This document shows positions 54,771 through 64,000 of a stretch of 64,000 bases of DNA, one piece after another (within the stretch, counting starts at the first letter, position 1; the number at the start of each line of letters is the position of its first letter). The position numbers were made by a program, and so were the translations under genes. Location: positions 952-64,951 of the forward strand of contig CAYHCF010000004.1 in NCBI GenBank assembly GCA_964355075.1, read 5' to 3'. The DNA is from an uncultured Chitinophaga sp. Its GTDB lineage: Bacteria > Bacteroidota > Bacteroidia > UKL13-3. Under the pieces are notes generated by a model. The model had not been told where the DNA came from and did not search any database. It was given only the letters and a program-made list of their open reading frames with translations.

Positions 54771-55964
54771 ATGACAAGAACCAAACTGATTGATACCGCC
54801 AAAAAACAGGAAATAGCTGTAATGGTGGGCGTGGTAACCCAAAACCAAAAGGTGGAACAAGCCGAAGAATATTTAGATGAATTGGCTTTTTTAGCACATA
54901 CCGCCGGGGCAAAAGTGGTAAATCGTTTCATCCAAAAGCTCAGCTACCCAAACCCACGAACCTTTGTAAATGAAGGAAAACTGGAAGAAATTTCGGAATA
55001 TGTACTTGCCAATGAAATTGATATCGTAATTTTTGATGATGAGTTAAGCCCTTCTCAAATCAGAAACCTGGAAAAAACCTTAAAGTGTAAAATATTGGAT
55101 CGCAGCAACCTGATCCTTGATATTTTTGCTAGTAGAGCTCAAACGGCTCAGGCAAAATTTCAGGTGGAACTGGCTCAGGCGCAATATATGCTGCCGCGTC
55201 TTACCCGCATGTGGACGCACTTGAGCAAGCACAAAGGCGGGATTGGAATGAAAGGGCCGGGAGAAAGTGAGATTGAAACCGACCGCCGCGTATTAAGGGA
55301 AAAAATAACCAAACTCAAAGAACGTCTCGACTTAATTAACAAACAAGCCGAAACCCGGAGAAGAAACAGAGATGAAAAGGTGCGGGTGGCTTTGGTGGGT
55401 TATACCAATGTAGGAAAATCAACTTTAATGAATGTGCTGACCAAAAGCGAAATTTTTGCAGAAGATAAATTATTTGCTACCCTCGACAGTACCGTGAGAA
55501 AAGTAGATTGGCCGGGCTGTAGTTTTTTGTTGAGTGATACAGTTGGCTTCATCCGGAAACTTCCGCATCAGTTAATTGAATGTTTTAAATCAACATTGGA
55601 TGAAATAAGGGAAGCCGATATCCTGCTTCATGTGGTGGATACTGGTCATGCTAAGTTCGAAAACAAGATTCATGTGGTAAGTGAAACCCTGAAAGAGATT
55701 AAAGCACAGGATAAAAGGGTTTTGCTTGTTTTCAACAAAATTGACAAACTTAGCGAACCTTTCATTTTGGATGATGAAACCCTGGAAAGCAAACAAGCCT
55801 ATATCCGGCAATTAAAAAACTCATGGATGGCCAAGGAAAATAATCCGCTTGTTTTTGTTTCGGCTGCTAAGAAGATAAATATAGAAGAGTTGCGGGAGTT
55901 GCTTTCGGTTGAAGTGAATGCAGTTAGGCTGGAAAACAAAAAGAGCTTGCCCACTTTTGGGTGA
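54771..55964 (+). CDS. hflX: GTPase HflX
   Basis: HflX N-terminal domain. G1 'GYTNVGKSTL', G3 'DTVGF', G4 'NKIDK'. Confidence 0.95.
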   Translation: MTRTKLIDTAKKQEIAVMVGVVTQNQKVEQAEEYLDELAFLAHTAGAKVVNRFIQKLSYPNPRTFVNEGKLEEISEYVLANEIDIVIFDDELSPSQIRNLEKTLKCKILDRSNLILDIFASRAQTAQAKFQVELAQAQYMLPRLTRMWTHLSKHKGGIGMKGPGESEIETDRRVLREKITKLKERLDLINKQAETRRRNRDEKVRVALVGYTNVGKSTLMNVLTKSEIFAEDKLFATLDSTVRKVDWPGCSFLLSDTVGFIRKLPHQLIECFKSTLDEIREADILLHVVDTGHAKFENKIHVVSETLKEIKAQDKRVLLVFNKIDKLSEPFILDDETLESKQAYIRQLKNSWMAKENNPLVFVSAAKKINIEELRELLSVEVNAVRLENKKSLPTFG

Positions 55965-56018
55965 TTTTGCATTAAGATTATCTAATTATCGTATAAAACA
56001 GAAAATAACCGGTTCTTG

Positions 56019-56057
56019 TCTCGTCGTGGGACGAGAGAGCGTGTCACTCCGCGTGAC
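56019..56057 (+). other. Two adjacent GC-rich hairpins in an AT-rich spacer
   Basis: TCTCGTC-gtgg-GACGAGA (56019-56036) and GTCAC-tccgc-GTGAC (56043-56057). No T tract follows. Confidence 0.5.
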
Positions 56058-56243
56058 TCTGCTGTCCTAGCTTGCCTCTGAGAAAGGGTTAAATTAATTT
56101 CGGTCATGCGTTCATTTGGGTTAATTGCACAATGATAACTCACTATATTCCACATTGAGCTCTATTTTATCCTTTTACCGGAATAAATTCAGGATAATAT
56201 TAGGCGAACACGCATAAATAATTATTTTCGTGGTTGCACAAAA

Positions 56244-57410
56244 ATGAAACCGGAAGAAAATCAAATAGAATTAAGCATTGTAATGCCTTGTTTAAACGAG
56301 GCCGAAACCATTGAAACCTGTATCCGGAAAGGGATGCAATGGATGAAAGCCAATCAGGTTATTGGAGAAGTGGTTATAGGCGATAATGGAAGCACCGATG
56401 GCTCTCAACAATTGGCTGAGGCTTTGGGTGCCCGTGTGATTGCCGTTTCAAAAAAAGGTTATGGTGCAGCGCTGATGGGTGCCATTGAGGCCGCCAAAGG
56501 TAAATATGTAATCATGGGCGACAGCGATGACAGTTATGATTTTGGTAATTTGACACTTTTTGTGGAGGGTCTCCGGCAGGGAAATGATTTGGTAATGGGC
56601 AATCGCTTTAAAGGCGGGGTTCAACCCGGGGCCATGCCGCTCCTACACCGTTATTTGGGAAATCCTGTTTTGTCATTTTTAGGCCGATTGTTTTTTGATT
56701 GCCCGGTCAGTGATTTTCATTGCGGACTAAGAGGTTTCAAACAAGGAATTGTTGCCAGCCTTGACTTGAAAACCACAGGTATGGAATTTGCCAGTGAAAT
56801 GGTGGTAAAAGCAACCATACAAAAATTAAAAATTGTGGAAGTTCCAACAACGCTCTCAAAAGACGGAAGAACCCGTCCGCCTCACTTACGAACCTGGCGC
56901 GATGGTTGGAGGCATCTTCGCTTCCTGCTGATATGCAGCCCGCGTTGGTTATTTCTAATTCCTGGGATTGTTCTGATGATTGTAGGTTTGACATTAAGTT
57001 TACTGATTATTCGGGGGCCACTTGTAATATTCAATCTATTTTATTTCGATACCAATACCCTGTTATATGCCGGAGCTTTTATCATTGTGGGGTTTCAGGC
57101 AGTAAGTTTTGGAATTTTTACCCGTGCGTATGCGGTTCAATCTGGTCTTTTACCCGAAAAAGTATCCTTAAACAAGGCCTTCAAGATTTTTACCCTGGAG
57201 GCAGGGTTATTAATTGGCCTGTTCATATTTTTTGCAGGCTTATGTGGAACCTTTTATTCACTATATATCTGGGATCAGAGCCATTATGGTCAATTAGATT
57301 ACCCCAAAATATTGCGGATTGTAATACCAAGCGTTGTGGCCATTATTATTGGTGCTCAAACCATGTTATCCAGTTTCTTTTTAAGTGTATTGGGAGTTAA
57401 TAAAAAATAA
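56244..57410 (+). CDS. Family 2 glycosyltransferase with C-terminal TM helices (polyprenyl-phosphate sugar synthase-like: DPM1/GtrB/ArnC type)
   Basis: 'LSIVMPCLNEAETI', 'GDNGSTDGS', DxD 'MGDSDDSYD', then 4 TM helices. Confidence 0.88.
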   Translation: MKPEENQIELSIVMPCLNEAETIETCIRKGMQWMKANQVIGEVVIGDNGSTDGSQQLAEALGARVIAVSKKGYGAALMGAIEAAKGKYVIMGDSDDSYDFGNLTLFVEGLRQGNDLVMGNRFKGGVQPGAMPLLHRYLGNPVLSFLGRLFFDCPVSDFHCGLRGFKQGIVASLDLKTTGMEFASEMVVKATIQKLKIVEVPTTLSKDGRTRPPHLRTWRDGWRHLRFLLICSPRWLFLIPGIVLMIVGLTLSLLIIRGPLVIFNLFYFDTNTLLYAGAFIIVGFQAVSFGIFTRAYAVQSGLLPEKVSLNKAFKIFTLEAGLLIGLFIFFAGLCGTFYSLYIWDQSHYGQLDYPKILRIVIPSVVAIIIGAQTMLSSFFLSVLGVNKK

Positions 57411-57444
57411 GTTTCAGAGACAATAAAAGAATCAGAAAGCAGAA

Positions 57445-58017
57445 ATGGGAATGAAGTTATTAGACCGGTATTTACAAAATGTACGTATAAAAAAAGCTAA
57501 ACAGTATATCCAAAAAAATGATGCCGTTTTGGATATAGGAAGTGTGGATGGGGTGATGTTTGAAAAGTGGAAAGGATATATTGGAAAAAGCATAGGGGTT
57601 GATCCTACACTAAAAGAAAAAACTGAAACAGAATTTTATACCCTGTATCCAGGGTATTTCCCTGAAGCCTGCCCGCAAAATGAAACATTTAACGCCATTA
57701 CCCTATTGGCGGTACTTGAACATATACCTATTTCCCAACAAGAAACTCTGGCTCTAAATTGCCATAAATTCCTGAAACCAAACGGACGGTTAATCATTAC
57801 GGTTCCATCTCCGCAGGTGGATAAGATACTTGACATTTTACTCAAGCTCAGGTTAATTGAAGGCATGAGTCTGGAAGAACATTTTGGTTATAAACCCGAA
57901 CATACCGATCAGATTTTTGCTCCTCCCTTTTTTAAACTCCTCAAAAAACAAACCTTTCAGTTGGGTTTAAATAATTTATTTGTTTTTGAACGCATCGAAC
58001 CCGAAAATCTAAACTAA
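57445..58017 (+). CDS. Class I SAM-dependent methyltransferase
   Basis: Motif I 'VLDIGSVDG', 'LLAVLEHI', 'LKPNGRLIITVP'. Confidence 0.75.
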   Translation: MGMKLLDRYLQNVRIKKAKQYIQKNDAVLDIGSVDGVMFEKWKGYIGKSIGVDPTLKEKTETEFYTLYPGYFPEACPQNETFNAITLLAVLEHIPISQQETLALNCHKFLKPNGRLIITVPSPQVDKILDILLKLRLIEGMSLEEHFGYKPEHTDQIFAPPFFKLLKKQTFQLGLNNLFVFERIEPENLN

Positions 58018-58018
58018 C

Positions 58019-60952
58019 ATGGAACCCAATACCTTATCAGAAAACAGGATCAGCATACTTATAGATGCCCGGAAAGGGGATAAATCTTTTTGGGATGGAT
58101 TGAATACCTTTCTCCAAAAATCAAAACAGGATACCGAAATTCTGTGTCTGGTCAATCAAATCTATAAAGAAAAAACGATTAGCGATTGGGAGCTCAAAAA
58201 CAAGATTCAACAATTTTTGTTTACAGAAAGCAAAACCTTGTCACAAAATTTGGCAAGTGCTTTAGAAAAAGCCTCGGGTTCATTTACCTTGCTTTTATTT
58301 CAGACCTTTTTACCTATCGGTAATTTGGTTCAGACCTTACAAAGCAATAAAAAATCAATTGGGTTAAATACTTTAGTGATTGGTTCACAAAGTATTTTAC
58401 CAAAGGGAAGTAAACTGAGCATTCCTTTTATGAGTAAGGTATATAATTCACTCACACGTTTATTCACTCCAATTGATTTAAGAGATGCCAATAGCGGAGT
58501 GGTATTTGTAAAAACACAAAATTTATCGGTTTTGCTGAACCAAACACTGGTAAGTGCAAATGATTTTTCCCAGTTTTTATATCTCAGCAAAGCAAATCAG
58601 GTAGCTGTTTCGGAATTACCCATTTCACCAGAAAAAAGAGTTCCGGTTCAATGGTGGAAAGCCATCACCCAGCTATTTGGTTTAAGGTTTAATTATTTCG
58701 TGAAGGATGCTTTATGGCAAATAAGACATGCAAAGACTCCCCTGTCTGATGGAAATAATCCGGTGTACCGTCTGGCGTATTTTATCTGTTTTTTATCAGC
58801 AGCGTTTCTCATGCCTTATTTAAGTCAGGATTTTGGAAGTACCTGGGATGAAAAAGCACATAATGATTATTCGCAATTATCGTACAATTACTTTAGCAGT
58901 TTTGGCAGCGATACTGCGGCATTGGCCGAACCAACCAATAGTGCGGATTATGTGAGGCAGGCCTATCGGTTTTATGGTGAACAACTGAATACCATTGCAG
59001 CCTTTGTATATAATTGGGCAGGTACGGGAGTTTATGAAACCAGGCATATGGTAAATTCCTTTTATGGATTAATTGGTTTGATTTTTACCTCGCTCATTGC
59101 GTTTGAGCTTGCAGGTTGGCGGGCGGCAACTCTGGCACTTTTATTTATGTTTTTTAACCCCGGATGGTTGGGACATAGCATGAATAATCCGACTGACATT
59201 CCGTTTGCCACCGGATTTGCCTTTGCAGGTTATTTTATGATCAGGGTGTTGCGATCGCTGCCAAGTCCAAAATTTAGTCACCTTTTTTGGCTGGCTGCCG
59301 GTATCGGAATTGGTTTAGCTTCCAGGGTAGGTGCCTTATTAATAGTTGCCTACTTTGGCTTGTTTTTGGGAATCTACTGGTTAAGTAAATTCAAAGCTAA
59401 AGAAAAGAATATCGGCAAACTGATTATGCCTTACCTGAAAATATTTTTGATTGTAACTGTATTGGGCTATATTTTCGGTATTTTACTTTGGCCATATGGC
59501 ATCAGTAGCCCATTTAAACATCCCATTCAGGCATTTATAAAATCATCAGAAAATGCTTTTTATACCAATAATGTTGAGCTGTTTGAAGGCAAAAGAATGT
59601 ATATGCTAACCAATGCTCCGTGGTATTATGTATTTAAGTTTTTGGGAATTGGGAATCCGCTGTATTTATTGCTTGGATTTTTTGCTTCCCTGCTTCTTTT
59701 TAAACCCATTACGAAAAAAATTGGAATCGGTTATTTTGGGATGCTCGTATTTATGGTAATCTTTCCGATACTCTATGCAGATTACAGCAACTTAAATTAC
59801 TATAATGGCTGGCGTCACTACCTGTTTCTTTTGCCTTTTTTGATTCCTTTGGCAGCTGTTAGTTATGATTATTTATTATCTCAGAAAAAAATGATTGCCA
59901 TTGGATCCGCAATCATTTTGGCTGTTCTTTTTTTGAAACCGACCTATTGGATTGCCCAAAACCATCCCAACGAATATGTATATTTTAACGAATTAGTGGG
60001 TGGTTTTTCGGGTGCATACGGAACTTACGAAACCGATTATTACAGCAATTCATGCAGAGAAGCTGCAGAATGGATTGCAAATAAACATCCGCATGATAGT
60101 TTGGTAATAGGCATTAATAATGAAGTAACCACTGCTGCATACTGGGCACATAAAATTAATCCTCGTTTAAATTTTGTATGGACCCGTGAAAGTGAAGAGC
60201 AAAGGTTGGCCTGGGATTATTTGATTATGACAACGCGTACCTTTTCTCAACACGAACTCTTAACTGGTTCTTTCCCCCCCAAGGGAACAGTATTTACAGT
60301 TGAGGTAGATGGAAAGCCTTTGGCCGCTGTGATTAAGCGTGAAAATTACTACATGCCATTAGGTTATCTGGCTCTGGACAGGCAGAAATTTGATTCCTCT
60401 GTATTTTATTTTGAAAACGCGGTAAGATATGCCCCCAAAGATGAGGAAACCTGGCGTATGTTAGGCTTTTCTCTGATTAACAAATCGCGTTTAGACAGTG
60501 CAGAACAAATGCTGAAGAACGCCATTGAAATTTACCCTGAAAATTTTTCAGCTTACAGTAATCTGGGACTTGTTTTTTTCAACAAAAAAGAATTCCAAAA
60601 GGCTACCGAACAATTTGCCATATCAACAAAGTACAAAGAAAATGTAACTGAAAGTTATTATTACAGTGCACTGGCCTATTTGAATCTGAATGATTATCCG
60701 AATGCCATCAGGCAATTAGAACTTGCGGTAAAGCACAATGCCAATATCCCGGAAGTTTATTATTACCTGGCGAAATGTTATGATGCAACCGGAAATCCTC
60801 AGAAGGCTTCTGATAACTATCAATTAGCCTTATCATTGAATCAGAATTATACACAAGCCTGGGGTGAACTTGGAGCGGTATTTAACAAATTAGGTAAAAA
60901 GGAGGAGGCAAATTATTGCATGCAAAAATACCAGTCGTTAGGAGGAAAATAA
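58019..60952 (+). CDS. Multidomain membrane protein: degenerate GT2-like N-domain + GT-C transmembrane glycosyltransferase core + C-terminal TPR repeats
   Basis: 977 aa, starting 1 nt after the methyltransferase stop. N-terminal 'ISILIDARKGD..' aligns to the GT2 pattern, but no DxD is visible. First loop of the TM core is 'GSTWDEKAHNDY'. About 11 TM helices. The last ~200 aa are TPR-like (..AYSNLGLVFFNKKEFQKA..). Confidence 0.75.
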   Translation: MEPNTLSENRISILIDARKGDKSFWDGLNTFLQKSKQDTEILCLVNQIYKEKTISDWELKNKIQQFLFTESKTLSQNLASALEKASGSFTLLLFQTFLPIGNLVQTLQSNKKSIGLNTLVIGSQSILPKGSKLSIPFMSKVYNSLTRLFTPIDLRDANSGVVFVKTQNLSVLLNQTLVSANDFSQFLYLSKANQVAVSELPISPEKRVPVQWWKAITQLFGLRFNYFVKDALWQIRHAKTPLSDGNNPVYRLAYFICFLSAAFLMPYLSQDFGSTWDEKAHNDYSQLSYNYFSSFGSDTAALAEPTNSADYVRQAYRFYGEQLNTIAAFVYNWAGTGVYETRHMVNSFYGLIGLIFTSLIAFELAGWRAATLALLFMFFNPGWLGHSMNNPTDIPFATGFAFAGYFMIRVLRSLPSPKFSHLFWLAAGIGIGLASRVGALLIVAYFGLFLGIYWLSKFKAKEKNIGKLIMPYLKIFLIVTVLGYIFGILLWPYGISSPFKHPIQAFIKSSENAFYTNNVELFEGKRMYMLTNAPWYYVFKFLGIGNPLYLLLGFFASLLLFKPITKKIGIGYFGMLVFMVIFPILYADYSNLNYYNGWRHYLFLLPFLIPLAAVSYDYLLSQKKMIAIGSAIILAVLFLKPTYWIAQNHPNEYVYFNELVGGFSGAYGTYETDYYSNSCREAAEWIANKHPHDSLVIGINNEVTTAAYWAHKINPRLNFVWTRESEEQRLAWDYLIMTTRTFSQHELLTGSFPPKGTVFTVEVDGKPLAAVIKRENYYMPLGYLALDRQKFDSSVFYFENAVRYAPKDEETWRMLGFSLINKSRLDSAEQMLKNAIEIYPENFSAYSNLGLVFFNKKEFQKATEQFAISTKYKENVTESYYYSALAYLNLNDYPNAIRQLELAVKHNANIPEVYYYLAKCYDATGNPQKASDNYQLALSLNQNYTQAWGELGAVFNKLGKKEEANYCMQKYQSLGGK

Positions 60953-61019
60953 GCTTAAAACGAGGGATTTTAGCCATTTGTTAACAGGGGTTTTAAATCA
61001 TGTCTATTTTATTCAAATG

Positions 61020-61050
61020 GCTGTAACTCTTATTTGATAAGGGTTACAGC
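61020..61050 (+). terminator. Hairpin after the GT operon (candidate terminator)
   Basis: GCTGTAACTCTTAT-ttg-ATAAGGGTTACAGC, followed by A/T-rich sequence. Confidence 0.5.
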
Positions 61051-61151
61051 ATATTATTTACGGCCAATACCTGTTTTTAGGAGGTAATCCACCAATTGCA
61101 ATTTTTATCTACCTGTTTAGAGGAACTAAATACACTGTAGTTTCGTAGTTG

Positions 61152-62324
61152 ATGATACTAATCAACAAGTTTGAACCCATCATATCCATTGATGAAGCAT
61201 TCATGCAATGTGTAAATGAGCACATTCAGCTTTGCAAAATTTATGAATTTATTGACCTTCCTCATCACATCCGGGTAATTGAGCAACAAAACAGCGCTAT
61301 ACTCCGGAATTATTATTCGAACGCGTTGGATCATAATTTACTTGAAATAAAATCGGTAAAGTATCTCATCAATAGAAATCTCAGGGCAAGTAATCTCAAT
61401 GAAAGAGCTGTTGAACAGTACCAGAAAGCCGAACAATTTATCAATGAGCAATTACATGAAAATTTGAGTTTGGCCTTTTTATACCAGATTCAAAAAATAT
61501 TAATTGACGATTTACATCAACATAATAATGAGATCAATTTATTTTCAACTCAAAGTGCCCGCTTGCCTGAAAGGCTTTCGATGGAGACGGAACTTGAATT
61601 GGATAGCCTGTTTGACTTTTTAAATAATGATACCGAATTTCATCCCATCATTCAATCCTGGATACTCCATTTCCACATCATGTCGGTTCCTCTATTCAGC
61701 GAATCAAAAACCAAATTTGCCAACCTTCTTCAGTTTTTCTGGCTACGCAAACATAAAATGGACCTATTTGGTTTATTGAGTATTGAGCATGAAATATATA
61801 TCAACAAAAACGAATATGATGATATCATAAATAAAGTGGTTAATGGTGAGGAGTTAAGTTTAAACAACCAAATATCATTCGGACTTCAATTACACCGGGT
61901 TCAGTTAAAACGCCTAAAGGATTTATTTAAATCCTATTTTCGCCAACAGGTTGATTTTGAAAAATTAAACGCCCGCCAAAAAAATATCATGAATTATGTT
62001 TTTGAGCGTGGATATAAATTAAAAGAAATTGATGATAACATCCTGAATAAACGTCAAAAACTGATTATGTATATTATTCAGCACAGGGGTTTTATTTCCA
62101 CCAAGGAATTAGTGAATGAATTTGATTGCAACCGCAAAACCATACAGCGGGATTTTGCTTTATTGCTCGAAATGGAATTGGTAAAATCCATTGGAGCAGG
62201 TGCGGGATTAAGGTACTGTATTAATCTTCATGAAAAAGGAAATCCGCATCTGGAACAATACCAGGCGGATTTTGTAAAAATGGAGAATTCTTGCGACAAT
62301 ATGCAATTCGAGGAAGACCTATAA
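61152..62324 (+). CDS. Fic-fold protein with degenerate active-site motif fused to a DeoR-type winged HTH
   Basis: The 'HPIIQSWILHFHIMSVPLFSESKTKFANLL' segment sits where Fic proteins carry HPFxxGNGRxxR. The C-terminus 'KRQKLIMYIIQHRGFISTKELVNEFDCNRKTIQRDFALL' is HTH-like. Confidence 0.6.
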   Translation: MILINKFEPIISIDEAFMQCVNEHIQLCKIYEFIDLPHHIRVIEQQNSAILRNYYSNALDHNLLEIKSVKYLINRNLRASNLNERAVEQYQKAEQFINEQLHENLSLAFLYQIQKILIDDLHQHNNEINLFSTQSARLPERLSMETELELDSLFDFLNNDTEFHPIIQSWILHFHIMSVPLFSESKTKFANLLQFFWLRKHKMDLFGLLSIEHEIYINKNEYDDIINKVVNGEELSLNNQISFGLQLHRVQLKRLKDLFKSYFRQQVDFEKLNARQKNIMNYVFERGYKLKEIDDNILNKRQKLIMYIIQHRGFISTKELVNEFDCNRKTIQRDFALLLEMELVKSIGAGAGLRYCINLHEKGNPHLEQYQADFVKMENSCDNMQFEEDL

Positions 62325-62540
62325 TTCGTCTTCGTTGTAAAAATAGTCTTCGCTCGTAGGGTAATCAGGCCAGATTTCATCAATGGTCTCAAACGGCTCC
62401 CCGTCATCTTCTAATTCCTGTAAATTTTCGATCACTTCTAAAGGAGATCCCGAACGAATCGCATAATCAATTAACTCATCTTTGGTTGCAGGCCATGGAG
62501 CATCATCTAAATACGATGCCAGTTCTAAAGTCCAGTACAT
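62319..62540 (-). CDS. DUF2795-like small acidic protein
   Basis: 73 aa. 'WPATKDELIDYAIRSGSPLEVIENLQEL' matches the DUF2795 pattern as I remember it. The 3' end overlaps the convergent Fic-like gene by 6 nt. Confidence 0.65.
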   Translation of the reverse strand: MYWTLELASYLDDAPWPATKDELIDYAIRSGSPLEVIENLQELEDDGEPFETIDEIWPDYPTSEDYFYNEDEL

Positions 62541-62625
62541 AATAGTTTCATTATTTTACGCGAATTTAAAAAAAGGATTCACTTATTAATCAAGTTTTAA
62601 AAAAATTGGTTAATTCTTCTTAAAA

Positions 62626-63690
62626 CTATTGATTATGAGCCAATTCAATTATTCTTTTTCGATTTATTTTACCATTTTCTAACAATGGCCACTCATTAAT
62701 AGCAATAATTCCCTTAGGTATTTGATATTTATCAACCCGCCGGATCAACCTAAAAAGTAGTTTTTGATAATCTTTAAGGTCAGGAATATCATTAAATACA
62801 CAAACACATTTTTGCCCCAATGCGGAATCAGGTACCCAGGAAACAATAAATGATCCCAAATTTAATTTCTCCTCCACAATCAGTTCTTCCATTACAAACT
62901 CAAGTTGTTCGGGATAAATTTTACGGGCTCCGCTATTGATTACAAAATCCGTTCTGCCCTTTACAATAAAGCTTCCATTCTCAAATAATTCCGCCTCATC
63001 ATGCGTATCCAGCCAATCTGCTAAAAAATCCACTTTTACTCGAAGACAATGAGCTGAATTTATTGTTAGCTTACTATTTCCCAAAGGATAAAAATAATTG
63101 GATACGCCAATTTTTCTTAAAGCAATATGTGAAAGGGTTTCAGTCATTCCATAGGTATGGTAACAACACGGGGTGCTAAGTGCCAACCGATTTTCCAGTA
63201 CATTATTAATATGAGTTCCTCCTATCAGTACAAGATTGAAACGGTTAAATGTATTGTAATCAAATTTTGTGTGCAGGAGTTGAAGCGGCACAAAGGAAGC
63301 AAAAGTAAAAGGATGTGATGGTTCAAGTCGTTCCAGAACATCGGTACCGGGATCGATGAGGGTGAGGTCGCAATCTAATTCAATGGCCCGGGCTATCATC
63401 ATGGCACCCCCCACAAATTTTGGATTTAAACACAATAAAATATGATTGCTTTGCTTATTTAATCCTAAGGCTTGTATGGTATTTTGAGCACTTGCCACGA
63501 GCTGCCATTTTTCAAAAACAATGGCTTTTGGATCCCCGGTACTCCCTGAAGTATAAAAAGTAAAAGGCGCCTGATCGATCCATTTCTTCACAAAAGATTG
63601 AACCTCCTTTACAAAAGGTGATGAAAATATTTCTGCCGCAAAAAGAGCTGCCGAATAGGATTTGTTATTGTAATGGATTAAAAAACTCAC
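62626..63690 (-). CDS. Short AMP-binding enzyme (o-succinylbenzoate--CoA ligase-like)
   Basis: 354 aa. 'YTSGSTGDPKAIV', 'YGMTET', C-terminal 'GKINRK'. The size is typical of MenE-like ligases of Bacteroidota. Confidence 0.65.
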   Translation of the reverse strand: MSFLIHYNNKSYSAALFAAEIFSSPFVKEVQSFVKKWIDQAPFTFYTSGSTGDPKAIVFEKWQLVASAQNTIQALGLNKQSNHILLCLNPKFVGGAMMIARAIELDCDLTLIDPGTDVLERLEPSHPFTFASFVPLQLLHTKFDYNTFNRFNLVLIGGTHINNVLENRLALSTPCCYHTYGMTETLSHIALRKIGVSNYFYPLGNSKLTINSAHCLRVKVDFLADWLDTHDEAELFENGSFIVKGRTDFVINSGARKIYPEQLEFVMEELIVEEKLNLGSFIVSWVPDSALGQKCVCVFNDIPDLKDYQKLLFRLIRRVDKYQIPKGIIAINEWPLLENGKINRKRIIELAHNQ

Positions 63691-63765
63691 AGATCAAAGG
63701 TGCTAATTCTAACATGAAATAAACGAATAAATTATTATAAAAGAGACTCAATCAGTCTGCTGAAT

Positions 63766-64000
63766 CTATGGATATTGCTTTAGCCATACCTGTGGATTTT
63801 GGAGAATTCGTTGCTTATAAATTTCAAAATGCAAGCGGGTAGAAGCATCTTCACTATTGGTAGCGACCGTTCCCACGATATCCCTGGCTTCAATCTGTTG
63901 TCCCATTTTTACATTAACAGACACCAATCGGGCATACACTGTGAAATATTCTCCGTGGCATACCATTACCACATTTTCCATACCCGGTATAGCAAAAATG
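63766..64000 (-). CDS. M23-family peptidase, C-terminal fragment (5' end lies outside the window)
   Basis: The frame stays open to the window edge. '..VMVCHGEYFTVYARL..VKMGQQIEARDIVGTV..LHFEIY' is the LytM/M23 core. Confidence 0.8.
   Translation of the reverse strand, partial: IFAIPGMENVVMVCHGEYFTVYARLVSVNVKMGQQIEARDIVGTVATNSEDASTRLHFEIYKQRILQNPQVWLKQYP

Noticed and set aside
1-64000. Scan for tRNA, rRNA, tmRNA, RNase P or SRP RNA signatures and for transposase, integrase or recombinase genes
   Set aside because: I saw no T-loop/acceptor patterns (GGTTCGAATCC-like), no rRNA-like conserved blocks and no DDE or tyrosine-recombinase-like ORFs. No mobile-element boundaries can therefore be claimed for the accessory patches.

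Overview
AT-rich (roughly 37% GC by eye) chromosomal segment that looks like Bacteroidota. Evidence: two proteins with T9SS C-terminal sorting domains, several TAnnTTTG -7-type promoter boxes, no obvious Shine-Dalgarno sequences, and class I FbaB. About 55 credible genes, mostly housekeeping: recQ, sucD, ruvX, def, fbaB, accD, lpxH, lpd, rlmD, aroQ, proS, hflX, acyl-CoA ligases, two histidine kinases and a SurA-like PPIase. I found no rRNA, tRNA, CRISPR array, transposase or integrase. Accessory or unusual content: (1) A restriction-modification-associated patch at the left edge. It holds hsdM translationally coupled to a RhuM-family gene whose C-terminal half looks PLD/HKD-like, with no hsdS or hsdR downstream, followed by a GNAT-fold gene plus a small basic gene. 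(2) Two orphan AAA ATPases (DUF234-type and DUF4143-type), each preceded by a tandem repeat array; the second is also bracketed by simple repeats. (3) Heptanucleotide microsatellites in intergenic DNA. (4) A lipoprotein of extreme low complexity (Tyr/Gly/His/Pro/Asn) containing perfect in-frame 15-bp tandem repeats, co-transcribed with a FadL-like outer-membrane barrel. (5) A tight GT2 / SAM-methyltransferase / (degenerate GT2)-GT-C-TPR operon preceded by a GC-rich twin hairpin, plus three further GT-C-like membrane proteins elsewhere. (6) A Fic-fold protein with a degenerate active-site motif fused to a DeoR-like HTH. All functional calls come from motifs read in the translations; no database search was run.
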